A stretch of DNA of 64,000 nucleotides from an uncultured Poribacteria bacterium (lineage in GTDB: Bacteria > Poribacteria > WGA-4E > WGA-3G), in the NCBI GenBank assembly GCA_951813565.1, contig OX638351.1, positions 4,704,001 to 4,768,000 on the forward strand. Reading direction: 5' to 3'. Both the position numbers and the translations under genes were made by a program. The notes under the pieces are model-generated. The model was not told where the DNA came from. It ran no database searches and saw only the letters and a program-made list of their open reading frames with translations. Positions 19,981 to 29,201 of this stretch are shown here, in pieces; the first letter of the stretch is position 1; every line of letters starts with the position of its first letter.

Positions 19981-21894
19981 ATGCAAAAAATAGTAGTTTT
20001 AATTTTAACAATTACGTCGGCGATATGTATTATTCCTGAAAACACGACTGCACAAGACACACAAGATTGGCATTTGCGCCATCTACCCGAAGGCGTGAAA
20101 GCGCGACTCGGTAGAGGCGGTATAACAGGAAACATCGCCTATTCGCCTGACGAAGAATATTTAGCGGCGGCGAGTAGCATCGGCATTTGGGTCTATAACG
20201 CGCAAACAGACGCACCGCTCCAGTTACTCACAGGACATACGGGTAGAGTCACGAGCATTGCGTTTAGTCCAGACCGTTCTTTATTGGCAAGTGCAGGTGA
20301 GGACAAGACCGTCCGTTTGTGGGATGCGCGCACCGGCACTGAACTTCGGACAATGGTGGGACACAATTGGGGTGTTGCAGGTGTAGCGTTCAGTCCAGAT
20401 GGCACACTGTTAGCAAGTGGGTCCCATGACTCGACCGTCAGCCTATGGGATGTGCACACCGGCGAAGAACTCAGGACAATGGACGGGCATACAAAGGATG
20501 TCTTATGTGTTGCTTTTAGTCCGGATGGTGCTACACTGGCGAGTGCAAGTGATGACAGAACGTTGCGTCTGTGGGATGTGCAGACAGGCGCATTGGTGCG
20601 AACAATGAAAGCGTATGAAACAGATGAAATAAAAACCGTTGCGTTTAGTCCGGATGGCAAGACAATTGCAAGTGCCAGTAATCATAACAGCGCACATCTG
20701 TGGGACGCACAGACGGGCAAATTACGCAGCGTGTTGGAAGCACATAATGATAGTATTGGTTTGGAAGGACATAATAGTGATATTGATAGTATTATCTTCA
20801 GTCCAGACGGATCAAAACTGGCAACTGCAAGCCAGGACTACACCGCACGTCTATGGGACGCACAGACAGGAACACATCTCCGCGCGCTGAAAGGACACAC
20901 GTCTAATGTCTTGAGCATCACGTTTAGTCCTGACGGAAAGACGGTGCGGACCGGTAGTCGGGATGGCACCATCCGCTTGTGGGACCCAAACACCAGCGTG
21001 CAGTTGCGGACGATAAGCGGACATACGAATCGTGTCTATAGCGTTATGTTCAGCCCGGATGGGAAAGTGCTTGCCAGCGGAAGCATGGACAATACCATTC
21101 AATTATGGGATACGCGGACAGGAGAATCGCTTCGTGTGCTGAAAGGACATACTCAGCCTGTCAGTAGCGTAGTGTTCAGTCCGGATGGGAAAACTATCGC
21201 GAGTGCTGGTGAGGACGGGACCATTCGTTTATGGGATGCGCAAACAGGGGAATCTCTTCGGACACTGAAGGAGCATCGATTTTGGATATCAAGTCTTGCT
21301 TTCAGTCCAGAAGGGGAGAAACTCGTAAGTACCGGTGATGGCAAAGCACTGCGTGTGTGGGATACGCAAACAGGTGAACAAAGACATATTCTGATGCATA
21401 TCGAGGAGATCAATAGTGTTGCGTTTAGTCCGGATGGGTCTCTGGTGGTGTGCGGACTTGAAAACGGCAGCATCCGCTTGTGGAACTCGAATAAACCGGC
21501 CACCGATAAATTTGGCTGGTCATTGAAAAAGCATACGGGTCCTGTAAATAGCGTTGCGTTCAGGCCGGATGGGTCTTTGTTAGCAAGCGCATCTGAGGAT
21601 GGTTCTATTCGTTTGTGGAATCCACAGACGGGTGAATCTATCCGGACAGTGAAAACAGAAGGGAGTCCTTACCGTTGCGTTACGTTTAGTCCGGATGGGA
21701 AGATATTGGTGAGTGGCGGTTGGGACGCGACCGTCAGTTTATGGGATGTACGCACTGGCGACCTCATTATCGAGTTGAAAGCACATACATCTCTTGTGAA
21801 TAGCGTTACGTTTAGTCCGGATGGAAAAACACTGGCGAGTGGAAGTTCGGATGGCACTGTGTTGTTGTGGGATCTCGCGGTTGATGTGGATTAG
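19981..21894 (+). CDS. Secreted WD40-repeat beta-propeller protein (about 14 repeats)
   Basis: Signal peptide, LPEGVKARLGRG, many GH...AFSPDG..LAS...D.T.RLWD repeats. Confidence 0.93.
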   Translation: MQKIVVLILTITSAICIIPENTTAQDTQDWHLRHLPEGVKARLGRGGITGNIAYSPDEEYLAAASSIGIWVYNAQTDAPLQLLTGHTGRVTSIAFSPDRSLLASAGEDKTVRLWDARTGTELRTMVGHNWGVAGVAFSPDGTLLASGSHDSTVSLWDVHTGEELRTMDGHTKDVLCVAFSPDGATLASASDDRTLRLWDVQTGALVRTMKAYETDEIKTVAFSPDGKTIASASNHNSAHLWDAQTGKLRSVLEAHNDSIGLEGHNSDIDSIIFSPDGSKLATASQDYTARLWDAQTGTHLRALKGHTSNVLSITFSPDGKTVRTGSRDGTIRLWDPNTSVQLRTISGHTNRVYSVMFSPDGKVLASGSMDNTIQLWDTRTGESLRVLKGHTQPVSSVVFSPDGKTIASAGEDGTIRLWDAQTGESLRTLKEHRFWISSLAFSPEGEKLVSTGDGKALRVWDTQTGEQRHILMHIEEINSVAFSPDGSLVVCGLENGSIRLWNSNKPATDKFGWSLKKHTGPVNSVAFRPDGSLLASASEDGSIRLWNPQTGESIRTVKTEGSPYRCVTFSPDGKILVSGGWDATVSLWDVRTGDLIIELKAHTSLVNSVTFSPDGKTLASGSSDGTVLLWDLAVDVD

Positions 21895-22087
21895 ACTGCA
21901 CACCTCAACGGTAGGAGCATTTTGTAAACGCGCTGGGCTCAGCTCAAAGACGACACACACGGAGCGTTTAGATGAAGTTTAAAAAATAAATCGGTCCTTT
22001 GGCGAGGTTAGGAAACCTCGCCAGCAGCGGGCACATCTGCCTCGTGCGGACAGAAAATTACCGAAAGAATAAGTTAATCTTCATTTA

Positions 22088-22424
22088 CTATAGTTTGGAC
22101 AATTTGATCCTGTCAGGACTTCCGAATAAGTGTAAAAACTGCAATATAAAGGCTCTTGTATCTCTGAGTTTTGTATGAAATCACTGTATTTTGCGATATT
22201 TTTTGCCAAGATCGTCAAAAATGTGTAAATCTGCTCAGTTTCACGTAGTGTCTTCATCTATTTTTAGATTTTTTTCTAAGTTTTGTTTCGGATCGTTACT
22301 CGCAGAAAAATGCGGAAAAGAGGATCCATTTTGATGTCCTTTCAAAATAGTGTTGTTATATGCTGAAAGGATAAACTCTTTTCTGCTTTTGTGTCAAAAA
22401 AACTTAAAACTGTCCAAAGTATAG
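22088..22424. mobile_element. MITE or internally deleted IS (TIR CTATA(G/C)TTTGGACA, TA flanks)
   Basis: ctatagtttggaca at 22088 and tgtccaaagtatag ending at 22424. Confidence 0.65.
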
Positions 22425-22526
22425 TAATATTAGATGAATTCGGAAAATGCACTATTGAAAACACCGGAATTCCATTCTATCTAACTGATAACCTCAACCC
22501 ACGTTCGTAAATACAGGAAACAATTC

Positions 22527-23357
22527 ATGGAATCTCCTCACCTAACAGAAACACAACGAAAACATTGGCAAGAACAGGGGTATCTTCTCATAAAACAAGT
22601 GCTTTCACCAACAGAAATTGAAGCACTTTTGACAGCAGTGGACTCGGTAATAGAAAGCTACGTCCAGCAGACACCAAATTTACAAGGAGCACGATTTGGA
22701 AAGGGCGCGTACACCATTATACGAGCAATTGAGCGAACCGATGCGCTTGATCCGCTCACCGACCACCCACGCACCTTCGGCACAATCTTATCATTGATGG
22801 GACCGTATCTACAAATAATGGGAACACAAATATATGTGCGTCATCCGGATGCGGAGGCGTTGATGGGGTTTCATACAGATGCTGGACCATCACTCCAACG
22901 GATTCATCCGCACGCTGACAGTCTACCTTTGCAATTCAAAATCCAGTTTTTCTTGACTGATCTTTCTGAACCTGACCAAGCGAATTTTATGTGTGTGCCG
23001 AGGAGCCATAAAAAGCCGTTTCCAGAAAAACGATTTCAAAAAGGCAAGTATCCTGAAGGAGCAGTCCAAGTCCTCGCTGAGGCAGGAGATGCAGTTATTT
23101 TTCCGTGGGCATTGTGGCACGGCGTCGGTCCAAATCGGACTGACAGCATCCGAAAAAGTGTTACATTCCGTTATGGGCAGATGTGGTGCCGCCCTTACGA
23201 TTACGACAAACTTCCCGCAGATGTGTTAGAACGGATGACACCGCGTCGCCGTAGGTTATTCGGCGATATGGGAGAGGATTTTCATCCTACCGATTACTAC
23301 AAACCGAAAGACCAAATTGATATTATTTGTAGCGATGAATGGCATTTATCTTTATAA
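22527..23357 (+). CDS. Phytanoyl-CoA dioxygenase (PhyH) family Fe/2OG enzyme
   Basis: EQGYL, FHTD (HxD), PRSH, AGDAVIF...LWHG, R.SV. Confidence 0.9.
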   Translation: MESPHLTETQRKHWQEQGYLLIKQVLSPTEIEALLTAVDSVIESYVQQTPNLQGARFGKGAYTIIRAIERTDALDPLTDHPRTFGTILSLMGPYLQIMGTQIYVRHPDAEALMGFHTDAGPSLQRIHPHADSLPLQFKIQFFLTDLSEPDQANFMCVPRSHKKPFPEKRFQKGKYPEGAVQVLAEAGDAVIFPWALWHGVGPNRTDSIRKSVTFRYGQMWCRPYDYDKLPADVLERMTPRRRRLFGDMGEDFHPTDYYKPKDQIDIICSDEWHLSL

Positions 23358-23362
23358 CGACT

Positions 23363-23558
23363 TGTGTTAGTTAACTATTTGTTTGTATTCTTTTCACACA
23401 TATTGAACTCATGTTATACACATATCGTCCCTACCAAATCAACGTCAAATGCGCTTATGGCATTTGTCGGGACTGAAGAAGGAATCAACTAATGATAAAA
23501 ACTAACAAAACGTCATGTAATTGTGAAACAATATTTTACAAATAGTTATTTAGCACAA
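23363..23558. mobile_element. MITE-like element (TIR TTGTGYTAGTTAACTATTTGT)
   Basis: Inverted ends; related element with TTGTGCCAGTTAA ends at about 39577-39812. Confidence 0.55.
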
Positions 23559-23584
23559 CACGTCTTTATAATAAAGAAGTGATC

Positions 23585-24502
23585 CTAACTCGCTTGCTGC
23601 AATTTCAGAAACAGGTCTCGGAAAATTGCATCACGATTCACGCTTGTCGCAACACGCATCAGGTGCCGATTGTTATCAAAACTCCACGTTACAGCATCTG
23701 TCAGAATAGGACTATGCACAATTTCTGTTGGCACCCAACTGCTATTGACAAGATACGCTGTCGCTGATATATCCCAGATAACTTTTGACCAACCGAAGTG
23801 GTCTTTGTGGTAGTCTTTGAAAATTTCAACGAGATAATCACCGATTTTTCCCTGTCCTTGAACGTAACGCTCCATCTCAGCGACTGTTGTGTGTAAATGT
23901 GAAACCACGCCACGTGCGGGAAGATGGACAAACGGCACACCACAATCAAGAACCAATCGCGCAGCGTGGATATCTTGTGCCAAGTTGAATTCTCGTGTAT
24001 GAGACCAGTATAGCGGATTACCACCAAGCCAGACTACTACTATATTTTTGATAATTTCAGGTTCAAGCAGAATTGCAGAAGCAACATTCGTAATTGCCCC
24101 AACAGCGACAACGTAAAGAGGCTCATCGGTGTTTGCTATTGCGCGTTCAATCATATCGGTTGCTGCATCGCTCGGCACAGCAGCCTTTCCATCTGACAGG
24201 AAAGTCTTTGAACCGCGATAAACAAAACCATCGGAATCAACGCCAAGAAAGTCTAATAGCCGCAGAATTTCGTCGTAGCTTTTCTCCATGCCATCTTCAG
24301 CATTCGCAGAACGGTTGTTGTGAAAGGGGGCAGCGTATATCGCTTCAACATTGAGTTGATCGGGTGAGAGAAGCGCGTGAACAACTGCAAACTGGTCGTC
24401 AATTTCATTGTAGGTGTCCGTATCAAGCACCATTCGGACGCGTCCCTCTGGAAGTTGTAACATCTCTAAACATCTTGACTCAGACAGGTTTGGGAAGTTC
24501 AT
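23585..24502 (-). CDS. Nucleoside hydrolase (IU-NH family)
   Basis: LDTDTYNEIDDQFA, GAITNVASA, EFNLAQD, IWD; ATG 24502 preferred. Confidence 0.9.
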   Translation of the reverse strand: MNFPNLSESRCLEMLQLPEGRVRMVLDTDTYNEIDDQFAVVHALLSPDQLNVEAIYAAPFHNNRSANAEDGMEKSYDEILRLLDFLGVDSDGFVYRGSKTFLSDGKAAVPSDAATDMIERAIANTDEPLYVVAVGAITNVASAILLEPEIIKNIVVVWLGGNPLYWSHTREFNLAQDIHAARLVLDCGVPFVHLPARGVVSHLHTTVAEMERYVQGQGKIGDYLVEIFKDYHKDHFGWSKVIWDISATAYLVNSSWVPTEIVHSPILTDAVTWSFDNNRHLMRVATSVNRDAIFRDLFLKLQQAS

Positions 24503-24790
24503 TTGTATTGCCTTTATTGCTTTGGATTTTCTATAGTGTATCACATTATCAGGGATGAAAGTCAATTGATTTCTGAAATAGAGTATGACTATTTGGTATT
24601 AGGATTTTTGCACAAATTTATTGATGAGTCGCGAGCTGGAGCTCGCTCCTACAGGAAGAGTCTTGAGCAGAAGATTGGAAAGGCATTGCCGCTTTAAACT
24701 TGTTTGAAAATTTCAGAGTTTCAGAGTAAAGTGCGAAATGCAGCCACGAAATTGGAATATAAATTTGACGTTAGTAACTTTGCTGCAAAT

Positions 24791-24905
24791 GATAATGAGA
24801 CTCTTTATTATGAATTTTAAAAGAAAATGAGTTTCATTATCATTTAATTTTTATGATATTGAGACTCAGTATTACTTTAAATATACGATATTAAGTCTCA
24901 TTATC
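24791..24905. promoter_or_regulatory. Array of four Fur-box-like 19-bp palindromes at a 32-bp period
   Basis: GATAATGAGACTCTTTATT (24791), GAAAATGAGTTTCATTATC (24823), GATATTGAGACTCAGTATT (24855), GATATTAAGTCTCATTATC (24887), compared with Fur consensus GATAATGATAATCATTATC. Confidence 0.7.
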
Positions 24906-25579
24906 AAGTTTATCGTTGTATTACTGAAACTTACTAATATACTTTTGCTTATTTTTATATATTCTATTTGTGAAACTTTGCAGGTCGTTTGTGAAATTCA
25001 ATTGATTGTTAGAAATATGATAAGGTTTGTTGGTTTTATATCGCTCAAATGCCTCAAATTTCGTTTTTATAGCCATAATTTGGTTTGGCGTAGGAAAATA
25101 TAGTAGGTAAGTTCGAATTAATGCTAAGAGAGGCAATTTACAGGTAAATTTGCTTTATGTAATCATCTATACGGAACAATCCTTTATAGGGTGTGTAAAG
25201 TTTTTGTAGAAATCCGCACAACTCCTATTGTAGGGGCGGGTCCCTGTGCCCACCCATTGTTCCATCTTCAAGACATGGCGAGGCACAGAGACCTCGCCCT
25301 ACAAATGATTTATGAGATAGGTTGTAGTAAGGTTACTCTGAAAACTCTAAATTTCTGACTGTTCATAGTCGTACCGTGCAGGATAATTGGAAGGAAGCAT
25401 GCCGCTAAATGTGTTTTCACCTTTCATTGCTGATATAAACGGTTGACATAGTTTTGGTTTTATTGTATAATTCTTGATAATATTGTACAAGAATACTATT
25501 TCGCAGCTTATCGGAATGGAGATTGTACTGAGACAGAAGTTATAGCATTTAGAAATCACTGCTCTCAACGCACCTAAAT

Positions 25580-26578
25580 ATGAATGCACTCCGTCTATTC
25601 GTTAACGGCTTTCTGATAGGCATCGCCAACATTATTCCGGGAATGAGTGGTGGCACGCTCGCTCTTGTTTTAGGAATTTATGAACGCTTAATCACAGCAT
25701 TACGTAACATAGGTGCTTCTACTGTTAAGCGGTTGCTCAGCATTTTCACCTTTAGAAAGACTGCATTCTCAGACTTTCAAGATGAATTACGTCGTATTGA
25801 TTTTAGTTTCCTGATGATATTAGGCATTGGTGCTGTTGCTGCAGTGTTGATGTCGTCAAAACTGATTGTATATCTATTAGACTCTCACCATGATGCGACT
25901 TACGGTTTCTTTTTCGGCTTGGTTCTGACATCTATTCTGATACCGTTGCGGATGCTAAAGGGATTTGGTTGGCGGGAATTTTTGGTCTTGCTCGTAGCGA
26001 TTGCGCTGCTCGTTTTTGCTGAAGAACTCAAAAAATCTGCTGCGGGTTCAACATCAGTTTCAGGTGAAGGTTTAGAAGTATCAATTGGGACACTGGCCAT
26101 ATTTTTTGGATGTGGCGCACTGGCAATTTCAGCAATGATTCTTCCCGGTGTTAGTGGTTCGTTTCTATTACTTGCATTCGGTGTCTATTTTCCGCTCGTA
26201 ACAGCGATTAAGAATTTCATGGAGGATGTTCCGACTTTATTTAAAGGAGACGTAAATCCCTCAATTCTTAGTAACCTGTTGATACTCGCTTTTTTTGCAC
26301 TCGGTTGTTTGTTTGGTCTTTTAGCATTCACAAGGTTGCTAAACTTTTTACTGGAACGCTACCGTAATCTAACAATCGCCTTTTTAATAGGGTTAATGGC
26401 GGGTTCTTTATACGGCTTATGGCCATTTCGTGCATCTGTGGCGGTTGGCGAAAAAAGGTATGATACGGCGCACTTGCTTCCACAATTAGACATGAATTTG
26501 CTCATCACAGTGAGTGTTTTTCTGGTTGGCTGTGTGATAATCTTAGGGTTTTCCCGATTAGAGAAGGAGACGGGATGA
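25580..26578 (+). CDS. DUF368 membrane protein (undecaprenyl-phosphate translocase family)
   Basis: GIANIIPGMSGGTLALVLGIYERLI and AMILPGVSGSFLLL repeats. Confidence 0.9.
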   Translation: MNALRLFVNGFLIGIANIIPGMSGGTLALVLGIYERLITALRNIGASTVKRLLSIFTFRKTAFSDFQDELRRIDFSFLMILGIGAVAAVLMSSKLIVYLLDSHHDATYGFFFGLVLTSILIPLRMLKGFGWREFLVLLVAIALLVFAEELKKSAAGSTSVSGEGLEVSIGTLAIFFGCGALAISAMILPGVSGSFLLLAFGVYFPLVTAIKNFMEDVPTLFKGDVNPSILSNLLILAFFALGCLFGLLAFTRLLNFLLERYRNLTIAFLIGLMAGSLYGLWPFRASVAVGEKRYDTAHLLPQLDMNLLITVSVFLVGCVIILGFSRLEKETG

Positions 26579-27438
26579 CGAAAAAGGTCGGTTTTTTTGT
26601 CAATACCACAAAGGAGAAAGCACCCCAAATTGTGGCGGACGTCTCGGAGTTACTAAAGAAAGCAGGTGTCGTTCCATTAGTACCTGATGAACAAGCAAAA
26701 GCACTCGGACTGCCATTAACAGGAATCACCACAACTCAGATGGTAGAAGAGGCTAATGTGATACTCGTCCTTGGTGGGGATGGGACTCTTCTCAGTGCAG
26801 CGCATACACCACAGATTGAAAATGTACCGATCCTTGCTATCAATATTGGACACCTTGGGTTTTTGACAGATGCGTCACTGGATGAACTGAAACCGACTTT
26901 AAAGGCAACACTACAAGGGGATTATCGGATAGAGCATCGGATGATGTTAGAGGTTGTTGTGAATAGTCAAAGCCCGCAACCATTCCATGCTTTTGCGCTG
27001 AACGATGTTGTCATCCGACACTATACACGGCTAATTGAGTTGAACGCTTATGTTGATGGTGAACTGTTTATTCCGTATAATGCAGATGGATTGATAATTG
27101 CGACGCCAAGTGGCTCAACAGGGTATTCGCTCGCGTGTGGTGGAACGATTGTGGCACCCCAATTGGAAGCGATTTTGCTGACACCCATCGCACCGCACAG
27201 TCTCACCGTGCGCCCCTTTATCGCACACGGGGACGCTAAAATAAAAGTCGAGATGCATTCTACGTATGAACATCTGGATCTATTTATTGATGGACAACGT
27301 GAAACGCATACCCTTGCAAGGGAAGCTGAGATAAAAGTACAGAAAGCAAAACGAACAATTCAGCTCATCCGATCTCGCAGTCATAGTTACTACAAAGCAT
27401 TGCGTGAAAAGTTGATGTTAGGTGAAAGAATCAAATAA
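26575..27438 (+). CDS. nadK: NAD kinase
   Basis: LGGDGTLL, GHLGFLT, ALND, ADGLIIATPSGSTGYSLACGG. Confidence 0.95.
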   Translation: MTKKVGFFVNTTKEKAPQIVADVSELLKKAGVVPLVPDEQAKALGLPLTGITTTQMVEEANVILVLGGDGTLLSAAHTPQIENVPILAINIGHLGFLTDASLDELKPTLKATLQGDYRIEHRMMLEVVVNSQSPQPFHAFALNDVVIRHYTRLIELNAYVDGELFIPYNADGLIIATPSGSTGYSLACGGTIVAPQLEAILLTPIAPHSLTVRPFIAHGDAKIKVEMHSTYEHLDLFIDGQRETHTLAREAEIKVQKAKRTIQLIRSRSHSYYKALREKLMLGERIK

Positions 27439-27468
27439 GATATTTTTAGGTTTTTAAAGGAAAAAACC

Positions 27469-29175
27469 GTGATAGAAGCGATCTCTATCCACAACATTGC
27501 CCTGATAGACGAACTTGAATTGGAACTCTCACCGGGATTGAACATCTTCACAGGTGAGACAGGAGCAGGAAAATCGGTCATCCTCAAATCAATTGGCTTG
27601 GTTTTAGGAGAACGAACTTCTGCCGATATTGTGCGAGAAGGCACCAGCTCTGCGGCTGTGGAAGTCAGTGTTGTGCCGTCATCAGCGCTGCCGACAGATA
27701 CGGAATCGGGTGATACCTTAGTTCTCGCCAGACAAATAAGTGCAAACGGTAGAAGTCGATGTCGTATTAACGGAGAACTGGCAAACTTAAAACAGTTAGA
27801 GGAATTGGGAACTCTATTGGTTGATATTCATGGGCAACACGAACATCAATCTTTGTTTAGAACCGAAATGCATCTTGAACTATTAGATGATTTTGGAGAG
27901 ACCGACACAGAGCGGCAAAAGGTTAGCGAAAAATATCATCACCTCCTTAATTTGCAACGGGAGATGGATTCACTGATACATACATTGCGAACATCTGAAC
28001 GCGAAAAGGAACTGCTTGAATTTGAGGTCCAGGAACTTGCTGCTGCAAACCTGCAAGAAAGTGAAGAGGAAGCACTAACATCTGAAATGCAAGTGCTAAA
28101 TAATGCGGAAGAATTGTACGAGTCCGCAAACCTTGTGTATGAACAACTTGACGGTCAAGCGCAAACGGAATTTGGAGGCACAAGTTCTGGCAGTAGCGTT
28201 TCAGTGTTACAAAATTTGAGAGATTCTGCTAAGACTTTTGCAAAGTTGTCTGAAATGGATACAAGTCTTTCGGAATTGAGCGAGCGGATAGATTCATCTT
28301 TATACGAACTTGAGGATATTGCTTCACAAATTCGGCAGTACGCAGACACTGTGGAGTTTAATCCGGCACGCCTATCAGAAGTGACTGATCGGCTGGAGCT
28401 TATCTCTAAATTCAAAAGGCGATATGGCAACACAATTTCAGAGATGTTAGATTACCAAGTAGAAGCAGAACGTAAGTTAGAGGACTTAGAACTCGGCTCT
28501 GAAAAAATTGATTCACTCAAAGAGCAAATTCGTAAAATGAAACTGGAGGCACAGGAATTGTGTATTGCGTTGTCCGAAAAACGCAAAAAGGTTGCGCAAA
28601 CGCTTTCAGCATTAGTTCAGAAGGAGCTTCAGGAACTTGGCATGGAAAAAGCGGAATTTCGGACATTGGTAGAACCTATTCAAGATGAAAATGGTTTTCT
28701 TTTGATTGATGGAAACCGTTATGCGTGCCGTGAGCACGGTATGGATAAAGTTGAGTTCTTAATTGCGCCTAACGTCGGGTCTGAGTTGCGTCCGTTGGCA
28801 AGAATCGCATCGGGTGGTGAGATATCGCGTGTCATGCTTGCCCTAAAGACAGTGTTAGTTCAAGTAGACAACATCCCGACTGTGCTTTTTGATGAAATTG
28901 ACAGCGGAATAGGCGGTAAAATCGCTGATGTCGTTGGTATGAAATTAAAGGAGCTTTCCCAATCTGCTCAAGTTATCTGCATTACACATTTACCGCAGAT
29001 TGCACGTTTTGCGGATCGTCATTTTCTGGTTGAAAAAGAGGTTGTGAATGAACGAACACTGATTACTGCTAAACCGCTGACAGAAGCTGAACGGGTCACA
29101 GAGATCGCACGTATGCACGGTGGAAAAGAGACGGAAGTTGGGCTTGCCCATGCGCGAGAATTATTGAGTGGATAA
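27469..29175 (+). CDS. recN: DNA repair protein RecN
   Basis: TGETGAGKS, IHGQHEH, ASGGEISR, FDEIDSG, ITHLPQIA. Confidence 0.96.
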   Translation: MIEAISIHNIALIDELELELSPGLNIFTGETGAGKSVILKSIGLVLGERTSADIVREGTSSAAVEVSVVPSSALPTDTESGDTLVLARQISANGRSRCRINGELANLKQLEELGTLLVDIHGQHEHQSLFRTEMHLELLDDFGETDTERQKVSEKYHHLLNLQREMDSLIHTLRTSEREKELLEFEVQELAAANLQESEEEALTSEMQVLNNAEELYESANLVYEQLDGQAQTEFGGTSSGSSVSVLQNLRDSAKTFAKLSEMDTSLSELSERIDSSLYELEDIASQIRQYADTVEFNPARLSEVTDRLELISKFKRRYGNTISEMLDYQVEAERKLEDLELGSEKIDSLKEQIRKMKLEAQELCIALSEKRKKVAQTLSALVQKELQELGMEKAEFRTLVEPIQDENGFLLIDGNRYACREHGMDKVEFLIAPNVGSELRPLARIASGGEISRVMLALKTVLVQVDNIPTVLFDEIDSGIGGKIADVVGMKLKELSQSAQVICITHLPQIARFADRHFLVEKEVVNERTLITAKPLTEAERVTEIARMHGGKETEVGLAHARELLSG

Positions 29176-29201
29176 TACCATTCAAAGGATCATTATAAAC
29201 T

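Noticed and set aside
19981..21894. WD40 repeats as a DGR or other repeat-diversification system
   Set aside because: Repeats are ordinary diverged protein repeats; there is no reverse transcriptase or adenine-specific template/variable pair.
24791..24905. CRISPR array or replication origin
   Set aside because: Repeats are degenerate 19-mers with 13-bp gaps; there are no cas genes and I saw no clustered DnaA boxes.
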